Of a stretch of 64,000 bases of DNA, positions 1 through 13,800 are shown piece after piece. Within the stretch, counting starts at the first letter, position 1, and every line of letters starts with the position of its first letter. Source of the stretch: Phaeosaccion multiseriatum (Eukaryota; Protista; Ochrophyta, other classes); the NCBI GenBank assembly GCA_965112735.1, contig OZ218953.1, forward strand, positions 2,976,001 to 3,040,000, given 5' to 3'. Position numbers and translations under genes: made by a program. The notes under the pieces were generated by a model, which was given only the letters and a program-made list of their open reading frames with translations, made no database searches and was not told the DNA's origin.

Positions 1-190
1 GGAGGAGGAGGAGGAGGAGGAGGAGGAGGAGGAGGAGGAGGAGGAGGAGGAGGAGGAGGAGGAGGAGGAGGAGGAGGAGGAGGAGGAGGAGGAGGAGGAG
101 GAGGAGGAGGAGGAGGAGGAGGAGGAGGAGGAGGAGGAGGAGGAGGAGGAGGAGGAGGAGGAGGAGGAGGAGGAGGAGGAGGAGGAGGAG
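1..190. repeat. (GGA)n trinucleotide microsatellite, ~63 units, running off the window start
   Basis: Uninterrupted ggagga... from base 1 to ~190. It probably lies in an intron of the minus-strand RCC1-repeat gene (reads (TCC)n on the sense strand). Confidence 0.95.
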
Positions 191-315
191 GGAGGGAGGA
201 AGAGGTTGCGGAGCGGGGCGTGAAGGGTGGAAGCCTGGCTTGCTTAAGGCGACAGGGGCTGCGGCGCTTATTGCTGACTGTCATTGCGATGGTGCAGGCT
301 ATCGCATTTCTCTCT

Positions 316-3300
316 CTACTTTACCTTGAGGGCGTTTTCCTGGGGGGCGCCAATGACGTCACCCTCCATGATCATCGACTTGATCGCCTTGCTCTGAGCA
401 GAGCCTCTCCCCCTGTTGTTGCTGTTGCTGCCCGACTGGCCTCCCCCTCCTCCTCCTCCTCCTCCTCCTCCTCCTCCCTTCAATAGGTCGGGGTTGCCCC
501 CCCATGTAACGGCTCCATCTCCAGTCACATACACCGTGCCGGCGGCGGAGAGGAAGACGGTGTGCTCCTCCCCGCAAGCCGCCCCCACCAGCGGCACAGA
601 GGAGAGCGCGCTCACCTACAGGAAGGGATGGCAGTGGGTGGCACAGAACACACAAGATTTGTGGTGAGGTGGGTGGGTGCGTGCGTGAGCGGAGGTGTGC
701 GTACTTTGCTTTTGACTTTTTTGCCTTGCCTTGCGCGGCGTTGCCCACCCCAGCGCCTGGGCTCGAATGGCCCTGACCTTCTCCAACTCGCGAGTCTGTC
801 GTGCGTATCAAACAGGTGTCGGGACGGGGAGGGGGGGGGGGAGAGCAGAGGAGCGGGATTTAGGGATGGGAGGGGGGGGGGGGTTGGGTGGGGGAGGGAG
901 CAGGAGAGAGAAAGGGCGGGGGAGAGATGGAGTGTGTGTGTGAGAGAGACAAGAGAGAGAGAAAAGGGGACAGACACACAGAGACAGAGAGAGAGAAAGG
1001 ACTTCAACCCTCCCCCCCCCCCCCAACTCCAACCCCAATTCCAACTCAAGTCTCTCCTGTGCTACTACACCCTCTCACCACCACCTGCCATGACCCGCCA
1101 CCCACCTTGGCCAGAGGCACGATGTTGAGGTCTATTTCGTGACCATCTTTCCCTCGACTCTTGCCCGCCAGTAGGCCCATAACACTGGCCTGTCTCTCCG
1201 CATCGCTACCAAACTTCTGCCCCGTCCGAATGCCCAGCTCCCCTTGACCGAGGCACGCGCTTCCCTCTCCGCCCCACGACCACGCCACTCCTTCCCCGTC
1301 CACCACCACTGAATGCCCTCCTCCGCACGCCACGTGTCGAGCCGCTGCCACACCATCATCACCGACATCACCTCCTCCTCCTCCTCCTCCTCCTCCTCCT
1401 CCTCCTCCTCCTCCTTCTCCGCCTCCCCCACCCGACGTCCCAGCCGTGGGGGCACGGGTGCCAGCCTTGCCCCCCCCACGGAAGGAGCTACTTCTCCTCC
1501 CCAGGAAGGGCTGTACAAGATTGGGCTCCCATGCGTCGCTAAGCAGCGTCGAACCCACAGCCGAGGGGTTGGCAGCAGCCGCCCCGTGAAACGTCCGGAT
1601 GGTACCCGATGCCGACGTGGCAGGGGCCACATAGCCCAGTTGACCCGAGCCGTTGTGGCCCCACGACCACACACGGCCAGAGCGCGTACGCACGAGGGAG
1701 TGGTACGTACCGCACGCGACCTGCACCACCCACTCATCGTCCGCCAGTACGTCAGCACTACCCGCCCCTCCTCCTTCGACGGCACCATTACTGCTGCTCC
1801 TCGTGGCTTTTCGTCCCCCTCCCCGCCCCCCTCCGGCTAGTGCGGCCGCGGCTCCTTGAATGTCGACCTGCCTGGGCACGAGCTGAAAGCGTGGCACCCG
1901 TTTCTTGCCCCCCGTGACCCTCTCTGCAGGCTTCCCAAGGCCCAATCGCCCACGCGCCCACGTACCCCAGCTGTACACCCTTCCGTCGTGGGTCACCGCC
2001 ACAGAGAAGCCTCCGCCACACGCTGCCGTCAATACGCGATGGTGACTGCTATCGTCCCCATCGTCGGTCTCCGAGTTGGGGTCTATGCCGCCTCCTGAGG
2101 ATGGAGCTACCCTCTGCTGCCCAGTTGTGCCAGTGCTGTTGCTGCCTCTGCTGCTCTTGCTCTGGAGTCTTCTCTTTTGGAAGAGGGGCACTTCTTTGGG
2201 AGTCAGCATGGGCTTGACAGTGCCTTGTCCGGTGCCCGGCCCGATGCCCCAAGAGTACAGACGCCCTGGAGTGTGGTGTGTGGAGGGTGGTGGGGTGGAG
2301 GGAGGGAGGGAGGGAGGGAGGGAGGGAGGGAGGGAGGGAGGGAGGGAGGGAGGGAGGGAGAGGGGGGGAGGGAGAGGGAGGGAAGGAGGGATAGAGGGAG
2401 GGAGGGAGGGAGGGAGGGAGGGAGGGAGGGAGGGAGGGAGGGAAGGAGGGATAGAGGGAGGGAGGGAGGGATAGAGGGAGGGAGGGATAGAGGAAGGGAG
2501 GGAGGGATAGAGGAAGGGAGGGAGGGATAGAGGAAGGGAGTGAGTGATCAGGTCTTGGCTGGATCCGCCTGTTTATTGTTTTGATCTTCTTCTTTTTCAG
2601 GTCTTTCTTGTTCCTCCCTATGCCCTCACCTTCATCGTCGATGGCCAGGCTGTGTGCCCCAAGCATGTCCCCTCCTGCGGCGGCAAACACAATCACAATT
2701 GGCTGCTGAGAGGCCCGGAGGGGCAACTTGTGCTGTCGTGAGTCTTCGTCCCGGGAAGGGTCTTCGAACCAAGTGATGGGCCTAAGTGTGGGGGGGTGAA
2801 GGAGAGCACGCGCACGCAGCAGTAGCAGTACGAAGAGAAGCACCATGAAAGAGGTGTGTGTGTGTGTGTGAGTGAGTGAATGAGTGAATGAGTGAGTGAG
2901 TGAGTGAGTGAGTGAGTGAGTGAGTGAGTGAGTGAGTGAGTGAGTGAGTGAGTGAGTGAGTGAGTGAGTGAGTGAGTGAGTGAGTGAGTGAGTGAGTGAG
3001 TGAGTGAGTGAGTGAGTGAGTGAGTGAATGAGTGAGTGAGTGAGTGAGTGAGTGAGTGAGTCGGTGAGTGAGTGAGCCGGTGAGTGAGTGAGGAAGTGAG
3101 TGAGTGAGGAAGTGAGTGAGTGAGTGAGTGAGTGAGGAGGGAAGGCATCAGATAAAGTAAAACTGAAACTGACAATACCGTACTACTGACCGAAAGGACT
3201 CGCTGTTCTCCAAACCCCCCAGACCCAGGGCCCCGTCTTGTCCGTCTCCGGCGGCGTACATGCCTCCCAGACTCGTGACGAGCAGCGTGTGGCGGGGGCT

Positions 3301-6300
3301 GCTGGACACGCACAGCACAGTCTCCGAGGGCATCATCTAAAGGCGGGGTTTAGGACACTGAAGTGTTTAGAGTCGGCAGCAGCAAGCCATGTGACTGGAA
3401 GCCAGACAAAAGTATAGAGCAGAAAAGAGAACAGCCTACCCCCTTGTCCGGCCAGACCCCTCCCCTCCCCTCCCGTCTCCCCCCCACCCAACCCCAACCT
3501 GCAAATCCGTGGGCGATGGCCTCAGCTGTGCCACGCAAGCGGAGGGCAGCCCCAGACAGCCTCTCTCGTTCTTGCCCCAGCCCAGCAGCTCCAGTGTGCG
3601 CTTCTTGGCCTCGCGCACCACCCCGCAGCCCCGGAAACCTCCGTCACCGCCGAAACCGACATCGGAGCCTTCACCTTTTTCCAAGTGCAAGTCCGCCCTG
3701 CCCTGGGCTTTACCGTCGTTCTGGATCACATCTCGGAGGCTGACTCCTCCTCCTCCTCCACCACCACCACCACCACCACCTCTGCGGACCCCTCCTTGCC
3801 TTTGTCTGTCTCTATTGTCACCCATGCCCGCTTCATCATCATCCTCCTCCTCCTCCTCCTCCTGCTCGCTGTGTAAGTCGTCGTCTTGGTCCGCGACTCC
3901 CGAAGCTTTGAAGCGGAGGCAAACGCTCAAATTCTGCCATGTCTTGTTCTTGTTGCGTATCATGCTGCTACCCTCAAGAGGAGTTGCCCCTCCTCTTCTG
4001 ACCACCTCGCCTCCAGCTTCTCCTGCTGCTTCTCCCTCCTCCAATGCATCGACAAAGTAATCCGCGATGCCAGTGTTGTCTGTTCCTCCCTCCTCTGTGG
4101 CGTCGAAGAAAGAGCAGTCATGGCCTTTCGCAGTGCCCTCTTGTTCCTCCAATGAGTCATCGTTGTCGTTTTCTTCATCCAGCTGCTCTCCGTCGTCGCC
4201 AAAACGCCTCAAGGTGCGCCCCTGACAGAAGTCAACAGTTACACTTCCGATCCACTCCTCTACATCTTCCCCAGTCACGCGGTATTCACCCGCCGCCACC
4301 GCCGTAGCTACTGCTGTCCTGCCTTCTCCATGCCCCCCACCCCAGAGCCTTCCCCACCCCTTAACCTTGGTCGTTTCGGTAGCCTGCTTCTCTTCTTCTT
4401 CCTCTTCCGGCGAGGTCGTGTATCTCCTCCCCTCTTCGTCGGTTTCTGCTCCCGCTCTTACGACCGCTGCTGCTGCTGCGGCTGCTGCTGCTGCTGCTGC
4501 TGCTGCTGCCTTGGCTGCCGCTTCCGCTGCCGCCCCTGCTTCCACTCGTCTCTCCACCGCCTCCTCAGTCATCCACCCGATACGTCGCTTGTGCTGCGTC
4601 TCCACGGCGTACCCCAGGCCGTAGCCGCCCCTCTCCCACTGCTCCACCCCAATCACCACGTCCACGCGCTGCAGGGGGGAGGCGCCCCTCCTCCTCGATG
4701 GCGACGACGAAGAAGCACCATCATCAACACCACCACCACCACCACCACCAGCGGCAGTAGTAGCAGCAGTAGTAGCAGCAGCGGAGGGGTCGAGAATCGC
4801 AATAGGATTGGTACGACTGCTCTTGTGGAGCTCCTCCTCGCCCTCCTGTACCGAGCCCTCATGCCCGTGGCGGCATCTAGCTCTATCCTCCTGTCCACTG
4901 CCCTCGCCGCTGCAGGCTGAGGCCGGAGTGGCGTATTGCGTGGCTGCGGTGGCGAGCTGAGGAGAGAGCATGGCAAAGTGAGTGGCACCGCGGAGCACGT
5001 CTGCTGCCATCTCTGCCGCCTGTGAGTTGGAGTGGTGTCGGCAAACAACAATGTGTGAGTTTGCGTGTTAGGTCAGCACAGCACTCCCCCTGGAATGTAT
5101 GCATGTTGGTACTTCAGACCAAACAGCAAAGAGGAAAGGGCAAAGGGCAAAGGCCAAAGGTCACACATCGACTCTTCGTACGACCACAGACAGGCACAGG
5201 GGCCGGGAGCCCAACCAACGCAACTCCCAAAGAAGCACGACAACGCACGACAGACAGCCACAGGGTGTGCATACCCAATGCCACCACCAACGGTACTCCC
5301 TCCCTCCACTCACCTCCGGGAATGAGAGAGCCCGGTCCATAGCCATGAGGGCTTTCCGAATGCGAATCAGCAGGCGCTCAAGCTCCTCTTCCTTGTCCCC
5401 CATCATCATAGCCCCATCTCCCCCTTTTATCTTTTGCCGTGCATCTTCTCGTCTACCCCCCCCCGCAAGCACTTGGGTCCTGTCGTCGTCGTCGCCGGTG
5501 TCTTTGCTACTGCGCGGCCCTTCCTTGTGGTGCCCGTCGCGCACCAAGGTAGTCGCAGCATCCCAATCCTCTTCCTCGCCATCACCACGGCCGTCGTCGC
5601 TTTCGTCAGTGTCGTCGTCGTCGGAATCCTCCAGATACTCCACACCGTCCGTATCGAGCACTCGAAACCACAGAGCATGCTGCTGCTGCTGCTGCTGCTG
5701 CTCGTGCTGCTGCTGCTGCTTCTGCCGCTGCCCTCTTCGTGCCGGTGCTGGGGCGACGTCCTCGTCTTCGGTCCAAAGCACACCCGCTACGTCCGCCAGC
5801 TCGGGCAGGACGGGAGCTGCGGCGCTTACGTCGCGTAGAGCTGCAGCGAGGACAAGAGACGAAAGGGATGACAGGGGGAAAGAGAGGAAGTGGCAGAAGT
5901 TAAGACTAGTCGTGGCGAGAGGTCTATTGTGAGGGGAGGTCGATCGAAACCATGTCTGACTCACCTCCTTTGGGTATGAGACTAGCCTGGAAGAGCAGCG
6001 GGACAAGGTTCTCCCCCTTGCTCTTATCCCGGCCTTCGCCTGATTCGAAAGGCCGCCGGCCGAAGACTCGTTGCCGGAGGGCCTCCCTCACATCCGAGGC
6101 CCCTGCCCCGGTCCCGAGAGAAGATGCCCCACCGTTTGCGCACCGCCCTACCACATCAACATGGTCGTGCACGGCATCCCGAAAGCGATGCAGGAGGGCC
6201 ACCCTGGGGTGTTGCTGCTGCTGCTCTTTCTGCTGCTGCTCTTGCTGCTCCTGCTGGGCATAGTCGCCAGCCACGCGGCCAGTAGAGACAGAGGAGAACT

Positions 6301-6631
6301 TGCTCAGTATGGCGTCAAGAGTGTGTCTCGCTCGCAGCATGTCTGCCGCAGTGGTCGAGGTGGTGTGGCGGGAGGGGGGGTCGTTGTCGCCCCACACGGC
6401 CCGAACTTGATCCACAAGCGTCATGTTATCGTCCTCGAGTTCACCATCATCCTCTTGGTCCTCCTCTTCCGCCAACTTCTCCCCATCCTCGCCACCCCAT
6501 ACATCTTGTTCTCCATAAGGGTCTGCTCCTTCTTCCTCTTCCCCATCCGCTTCCTGCTCGTAGTCGATTGGTCTCATTCGAAGCGCGCCCTCCTCTGGGC
6601 GACCGCACTCAGCCTTAAAAGTATACTCCAT
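316..6631 (-). CDS. RCC1/BLIP-II repeat-containing protein with a long acidic N-terminus (3' end may continue off-window)
   Basis: Frame-consistent exons 6631-5965, 5840-5314, 5019-3499, 3336-3191, 2781-2630, 2265-1106, 795-730, 615-~326. Multiple RCC1 repeats: AACGGGFSVAVTHDGRVYSWG, VACGTYHSLVRTRSGRVWSWGHNGSGQLG, VACGGGHSVVVDGEGVAWSWG, AACGEEHTVFLSAAGTVYVTG. A donor AAG|GTAAAG just before the stop at 316 suggests more exons beyond. Confidence 0.88.
2296..2540. repeat. (GAGG)n / GGGATAGAGGGA compound microsatellite in an intron
   Basis: Direct reading. It is (CCCT)n on the sense strand, just upstream of the acceptor at 2266. Confidence 0.9.
2868..3134. repeat. (TGAG)n tetranucleotide microsatellite in an intron
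   Basis: About 65 units of tgag with a few variants; (ACTC)n on the sense strand of the RCC1 gene. Confidence 0.95.
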
Positions 6632-7008
6632 CCGTTGCCTTCTCTCCGCCGTTCCAATCAGAGGTGGAAGCTCTCACTCGCCCACTCACCCAGCCATCTG
6701 CACGATGTCAAGCGCTGGCAACGGGTGAGATGTGCATGGGAAAAGTCCCGGCGCGGAGTCCTTGAGGCCCAAAATCGCTGTTTTCCGATATCGTTTTTCT
6801 CCTTCCGGCCTCGCTCATAAAGGAGTCAAAGCCCCCTTTCTTCTCTGTCCCTTTCTTCTTTTCTCTTCATCTGTCCATGTACATGTGCATGGTCTACTCG
6901 TAGTCCCGGATGGGCAGTTGATCAGCGAAGGAGCAGTGGCAGCCACCTCATCCTATCAAGGGGGGGGTGGGGAACTTCCGTCCGCCTTCTTGTAGTCAAG
7001 CAGCGTCC

Positions 7009-9098
7009 ATGGATCTTAAGGACCGTGCCGTTCTGGTGGACTATATTGCTGGAGATGCCGCAGTAGAGGGAGGAATCCCGGAAGTCGGTGAAGGAGGAGG
7101 AGGAAGTGGAGGAGTAGAAGGAGGAGGCGGGGGAACCGGAGAAAGAGAAGCGGCAGTAGCTGCAGCAGCTGCGGCTGCTGCTGCTTCAGTGGAAGGACCA
7201 GCGGGAATGGCTTCACACGCCGCACCACCACCACCTCCAGCAGCAACTTCGGTAACAGAGGAAGAAGAAGAAGAAGAAGAAGAAGAAGAAGAAGGAGGAG
7301 GAGGAGGAGAAGCGCTAGCAGACGAGAGCAGCGCCAAGCGGGAGGGAGGAGGAGAGGCGACAGTAAGAGGCGGTGGGGGTGCGGTTGAAGCAGCAGAAAG
7401 CGAGGAGAGTAACGCCAAGAGCCGGCTCATGGCCATGTACGATACCGCGGCGGGGAGCAAGGTGGGCGAGGAGGGCGCTGACGACAAAGAGGAGAAAGAG
7501 TGTCGAGTGTGCCGGATGGGAGAGGAGGACGGCAACAAACTCTACTACCCCTGCAAGTGCAAGGGCAGCATTCGATACGTGCATCAGGACTGCCTGCTGC
7601 AATGGCTCAAAGTGGCCCGGAAGGACGAGAAGAAGTGCGAGCTCTGTGGACAGGTATGACGGATTGTTTTGCTATGCCCTCTCTCTCTCGCTCTCGCCTC
7701 GCTCTATACACCTGTCGTGTGTTCGTGTTTGAGTCGTAGGCCTATGGCCCCCTTCCCCCGCATGCCGAGGGCATAAACAACGACGACGACGACAAAGACA
7801 TGACGTGGCCATGTCCCATACCACCACCTGCACCCCCCCCTTCTCACCTCACCTACCTCCCACGTGCGTCCCTGCCGAACGCCCCTACACCTGCACACAC
7901 GCATCCCTGCCTCAGGTGCTGGTGTTCGAGGCGGTGTACCAAGAAGGCACGCCGCGGACGCTCACCCCCTGGCAATTCGCAAAGGGCCTGGGCAGGAGGG
8001 CTCAGGTACGACGTACGTCCGTCACTGAAGGAAGGAAGCCGGCTTACGAGCTGTTCGTTGGTTCCTTCCGTGCGAAGGACGGACGAGTCTACCCCCTCCA
8101 AATCTCCCGGCTCGTCGCACTCCTCGGTATCCACCTACCCACCCGGTGGTGCCTCGCCCATCTCGCCTCGATTCTTCTCATCCCCCCGCCTTCCCCCCTC
8201 TCCTCCCCTTCACCCCAGAGCGGAGCCCCCTACGTTGCTCGCCTGAGCTTGCTGGTGTTCCTTTGGACGGGCGTGGTTCCGCTCACCACGTGCTTGATGT
8301 TCAGGGTGAGTGAATGCGTGGATTGAGAGAGTGAGTGAGTGAGTGATAGGGTGCGTGAGTGAGTGGGTGAGTGGGGGAAGTGAAGTGAGCTAAGTGTCTG
8401 AGTGTGTTGCATGCTGGAGTGAGGATAAGGGTGATAATCAAGGTGTTTCCGAGGACCACTCTCTTCTCTTCTCCGCCTGCTGTAGTGAGTGTAGAAGCAC
8501 TGAGTAGTGTCACCCCCCCTCCCTCTGCTGTGCACGGCGCAGATCTTCTTCATGACGACTCTGGACGAGCTGGCGGTGTCCTTGACCTTTCCGTGGTCGC
8601 CGTGGTTACTGATGCGCGACTGCCTCTACGGGACCATCCTGTGTGTCATCATCGTCAGCGCCACCACCGTGCTCACAGGCCTGGCGAGGGAGGCAGCACT
8701 CTTCATTCGCCAGCAGCGCAGGGAGGAGCTCCGCGAGCGCAGGGAGGAGAATGTGAGGCGAAGAGAGCAGCGGCAACAGCGTCGGGTTGCTCAGCAACAG
8801 CAGCAGCAGCAGCAGCAGCCGGAGCTGAATGCAGCGGCGGGAGAGGTTGGGGACGATGCCGGTGCGCTTCCTCCTCCTCCTCCTCCTCCGCTAGTCGATG
8901 GTGGGAATGGGAATGTTCCTCTTGCTTATGATGTTGTCGCTCTCCTCAACGGTGTTTGGAATAGGAATGGTCCTCCTGCTCATGGTGCAGCCGAGGACGA
9001 AGCCGAGGCAGCTGAGGACGAGACTGACGGCGAGGAGGAGGAGGGGGAGGAGGAGGAGGAGGACGAGGAGGACGACGAGGAGGAGGAGGAGGATGATA

Positions 9099-9130
<32 letters not shown>

Positions 9131-10817
9131 AATGATGATGTTGGCGACGAGGATGATGAAGAGGACGACGACGACGATGACGAGGAAGATGAGGAAGAAG
9201 GGGCAGGGGGGCTACTCGCCGAGCTGCTCCTACTGGATGAGGAAGACCTCGCCCCAATGGACCTTCAGGAGCTACTCGGTCTAGAGCTTCCCCTCGGCTC
9301 TGCACTGCAAATGGTGTTTCAGACATGCTTCTTCAACCTCATGTTCCTGGCCTGCTTTCAGCTGCTGCCCTTTGCGCTGGGCTCCTTCCTCTGCTACCTC
9401 TGGACGGGGTCAGGGGATCTCAATGTGGTGCAGTTGGTGACCAGTCTCACAGGTGCGACGGTGGCAGCGGCTGGGGGTGGGGGGAGCCCAGGAGGAGGAG
9501 GAGGATCGGGATCGGGGGCTGCATCGGGAGGTGCTCCTTCGCCCGCGCCCGACAACATCGACAACAGTACTCCGACGCTCCACTATCCAGGTATCGTATG
9601 GTGTGATGTATCACCAACCACGGTGGTGTGCTAAGGTGTGGGTGGTGGGGTGGGGTGGGGTGGGCGGCCCTCTTGTCTTGTCCTTGAATCTAGACTTATA
9701 GACTGCCTTCTCGTCCTTGCCGCATTCACTGACTTCCGCGCCTTACCCTCACTCACTTTTTCACTGACTTACATTCCAACACAGGCGCTGCGAGCGACCG
9801 CGCGCTACTGGAGGCCACCCGTACCCTGGGGAGCTTCCTCATGGAGTGGGTCATCGCACCCTTCTCCATTGGAGAATCGGAGCACGGTGAGTGAGAGATT
9901 GATTGAGTGAGTGAGTGAGTGAGTGAGTGAGTGAGTGAGTGAGTCAGAGTGAGTGAATGCGTGACTTGAGGGAGCGAGTGAGGGAGGGAGCGTGAGTGAG
10001 AGACTGAGTAACTGAGTGAGTGAGTGAGTGAGTGAGTGCCGGGAGAAGGGGGGAGGGGGGCAGGTGTGACTCATGGGTAGCTCGGTCCGTCCTTCTGTCG
10101 TTATTGTCTTTCTGTCTTGCAGTCGTGTATAGAGTTCCCCCAAAGGCTTCTTCGCTTCGCTTCCATGGAATGGAATGGAATGGGATGCCACGCATGCGTG
10201 TCATGAGATGGTACACAGAGCGCTCTTTTCTGACTCGTTTTCCGCGTGTCTCTGCCTCTTGTCTCCCCCCCCCTCTTTCCTCTCCGCCCCCCGCCCTGGC
10301 CTTCAACTCTACGTCACACCACAAACACACACATACATACACTTGGGGGGGGGGGCATTGGGGTTTCTGCGGCCTCGTGTGTGTCCGTCCCACAGGCAAG
10401 ATGCTGTTCGGTGGGCATTTGGACGAGGAGGGAGGAGGAGGAGGAGGAGGAGGAGGAGGAGGAGGAGGAGGAAGGGAGGATGAGTGGCGAAGGGGAGAGG
10501 GGCTCCCCACTGCGACAGACGAGTTCGCCCCTGAGCTGCGAGGGATGGTCAAGCTGGCCAATAACTTGGGCATACTCAGCGTGGGCTATGTCGCACTCCT
10601 TGCAGGTTGGTGGTCTGGTGGTTGGGGTGGCTTTGTGGTTGGTTCACTCACTCGTCTTTTGAGGTGTAATCTTACATGGGCTGCGCTTTGCTTTTTCAGG
10701 TCTCATTTCGGCCGTACTGGTGTGGTACTTGACGGACACCAAGACATACTGGTCGATGGGGAGGAGACCCAGGGGGGGGGGCAGAGTCGGAGCCGCAGCA
10801 GCAGACGCGGTGGAGCA

Positions 10818-10852
<35 letters not shown>

Positions 10853-13800
10853 GCGGGCCGCAGCAGGGGCAGGGCGGGGGCGTGGGCGGAGGTCGTGTTC
10901 TTGCTGTTGGTGGGGGTGCCGGTGCTGCTGCTGCAGGAGGGCGGGGCGGAGCTGCAGATGCGGGTGGGGCAGGTGGGGGGCGTCATGTGTTGGCGCGAGG
11001 GCAGGGCGATATTGTCGCGCTTCAGCCACAGGCGCTGGATCAGGGAGACGCGATTCTGGTGTATGTGGGGGAACAGGTGAGGAAGAGAGGGTCGCGGGTC
11101 GGAAGGCTTGGGGAGGGGGGAGGGGGAGGGAGAGAGAGATTACACGCTCCCCCTCTCTCTATTCTTTAGGTTCGGTATCGGCGCTTCTATTTTGTCTTGC
11201 TGAGCTTCACGCCATGTGTGTGGTTGGACCCGTCTCCTTCCAAGTAGCGTGGGGGGTTGGCCATACGAATCGAACCCTGATGGTGCCGTACCCTACCCCT
11301 TCCCCTTCCCCCTTCCCTCTCTGTCTCTCCCTCTCTCTCTGGAATGCCGTTCCGTCCACCTACACCCTATGTACGTAATGTCCATGCATCTCCATCCTCC
11401 AGGTGGCAGCCCTGATCACGGCAGCGGGGACAGGCATGCGTGTGTGCGCGCTAGGGTCGCTCGAATTCTTCGCACTACCTCTGTGGGTAGGGTGGGTGAT
11501 GGATCTTTTCACCCTACAGGCCTTTGGTAACACGCTCCAGGACAGGCTGGACTTGCTGACGGAGGTGCCAGTGGTGTCGCTGCTGATTCACTGGTTCGCA
11601 GGCTTTCTCTTTGTCGTGGCCACGGCAACGGTGCTCGCTGAGGTGAGAGGAAGAGGTAGATTGGGACATACACACACACACACACCGGCACACACACACA
11701 CACACAGGCGTGCACAGTGTTCCTGGCCCTGTTCAGGGGTTACTGACAGACACTCACTTCCGTCACTTCTTTCCCTCATCTCTTGTTACCATGGCGCTTG
11801 GTACTGGGGCCCTGTGTTGTTGTACTCCACCACACCCCACTTCAACCAATGTGTAGGTCAAGAAGCTCTTCCGACCCGGCAGGCTTCCTCTGCTCTTGAC
11901 CGCCAATGATGACCACGACTTCCGATTGCAGGTATGTAGTATGTCCCCAAACCCAACCCACGTGGGCACAGGGTATCTGTCTGCAGGTGCGCCCACTCCG
12001 TCGTTCTCTCTTCATCCTTCCTCTTCCTCTCCCTCTCTCCTGCTTTGCAAAGCTCGCGCTTATCATGGGATGATGAGGCTTTTATCTGAATGATTATAGC
12101 TCTGTCCGTGGGAGGCCGAGGATAGAGCATGCGCATGATTCGCGTCAATTCCCCCTGCCCCACCCTCCCACACCACCTGTGCAACCCCTCCCTCGCCCTC
12201 CTCATCCACCTACCCACCCCACCCACCCTTCCATTCTCGCCCCCCCTCCCCAGGCTCTGGATGAGTACTACAGCCAGAGTCTGGAGCACCACGCAAAGCG
12301 CCTCCTGTTGCTCTTCACCATGTACGTCCCCCTACTCATGTTGGTAGTGTACCTGCCTGTGAGAGCCTCCAAGCTGATCCCAGCGGAGTGGTGGGGTGGT
12401 GGCCAGCTTCACTTGAGATTCAAGGAGCCCTTCTTGGAGCTGCAATTGCCGCTGGAGCTGCTGCTCTTCCATGTGGTGATGCCGGCGGCGGTGGAACGGT
12501 TCCATCTGCGTGTGCTTGTGCAGCGTGTTTTGGCTAGGTGGCTGTGTTGGATCACGCCGAAGCTAGGCGTATGGAACTATCTCATGGCGGAGGCAGAGGC
12601 AGGAGAAGAGGGACAAGGAGAGGAATGGGCAGGGGCAGGGGCACGGTTGATAGTCCACCGTGGCGGTGTGGGAGGAGCAGCAGTGGGAGGGGAAGGCGGA
12701 GGAGGAGGAGGAGGTGGACGACGACGACGACGAGGAGGAGGAGGAGGAGGAGGAGGAGGAGGAGGAGGAGGAGGAGGAGGACAAGGCGCAGCGGTGCAAC
12801 AGCGAGAGCCAGAAGAGGAGGAAGTGATAATTGTGTCAGATTCCGAGGAGGAGGAGGAGGAGGAGGAGGAGGAGGAGGAGGAGGAGGAGGAGGAGAAGGA
12901 AGGCAATCTTTTGAACGGCGATCTTAACCAACAAATGATTCTGGGGCCCCGCAGGGACGATGAAGATTATGATTCCGACTCTGAGGAAGATGAAGACTCC
13001 GAGGAGCAGGGGGAGGACGTGGAGGAGGAGAAGGAGGAGGAGGAGGCGGAGGGAGAGGTGAAGGAAGACGACATTTGGAAAATGTTCCGTGTTCTTCAAG
13101 GGGGCGAGGAGGAGGAGGAGGAGGAGGAGGACAAGTTTTTGAACATGTTCGAAGCTCTTCAGGACAACGACGAGGAAGAGGAGGAGGAGGAGGAGGAGGA
13201 GGAGGAGGAGGAGGAGGAGGAGGAGGAGGAGAAGGAAGGCGATCTTTTGAACGGCGATCTTAACCAACAAATGATTCTGGGGCCCCGCAGGGACGATGAA
13301 GATTATGATTCCGACTCTGAGGAAGATGAAGACTCCGAGGAGCAGGGGGAGGACGTGGAGGAGGAGAAGGAGGAGGAGGAGGCGGAGGGAGAGGTGAAGG
13401 AAGACGACATTTGGAAAATGTTCCGTGTTCTTCAAGGGGGCGAGGAGGAGGAGGAGGAGGAGGAGGACAAATTTTTGAACATGTTCGAAGCTCTTCAGGA
13501 CGACGACGAGGAGGAGGAGGAAGAGGAGGAGGAGGAGGAGGAGCTGGACGAGCAGCAACTGTTGCAACGACAACAAGTACAAGAGCAGCAGCAGGAGCAG
13601 CAGGCACGGCGGCGGCAGAAGCGGCGGCGGCAGAAAGAGCGGCGGCGGCAGCAGCGTGAGGAGCGGCGGCGGCAGCAGCGTCAGGCGCGACAGCAGGCAC
13701 GAAGAGCAGCACCTCCCCAACGACCAGACTTCCTATCAGCCAGGATTGCGGCGCTACTCGTGTGCAGCAGTGGGGCACTGACGGTGTTCAGCACGGTGTC

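Noticed and set aside
2049-3313. ORFs with LTHS and PPSL repeats
   Set aside because: Translations of intronic (ACTC)n and (CCCT)n microsatellites; only short embedded segments are exons.
12836-13720. Long poly-Leu/Ser/Pro ORFs antisense to real genes (also 37494-38813, 20359-21570, 5099-5932)
   Set aside because: Shadow ORFs caused by high GC and GAG/GGA repeats on the coding strand; no domain signal.
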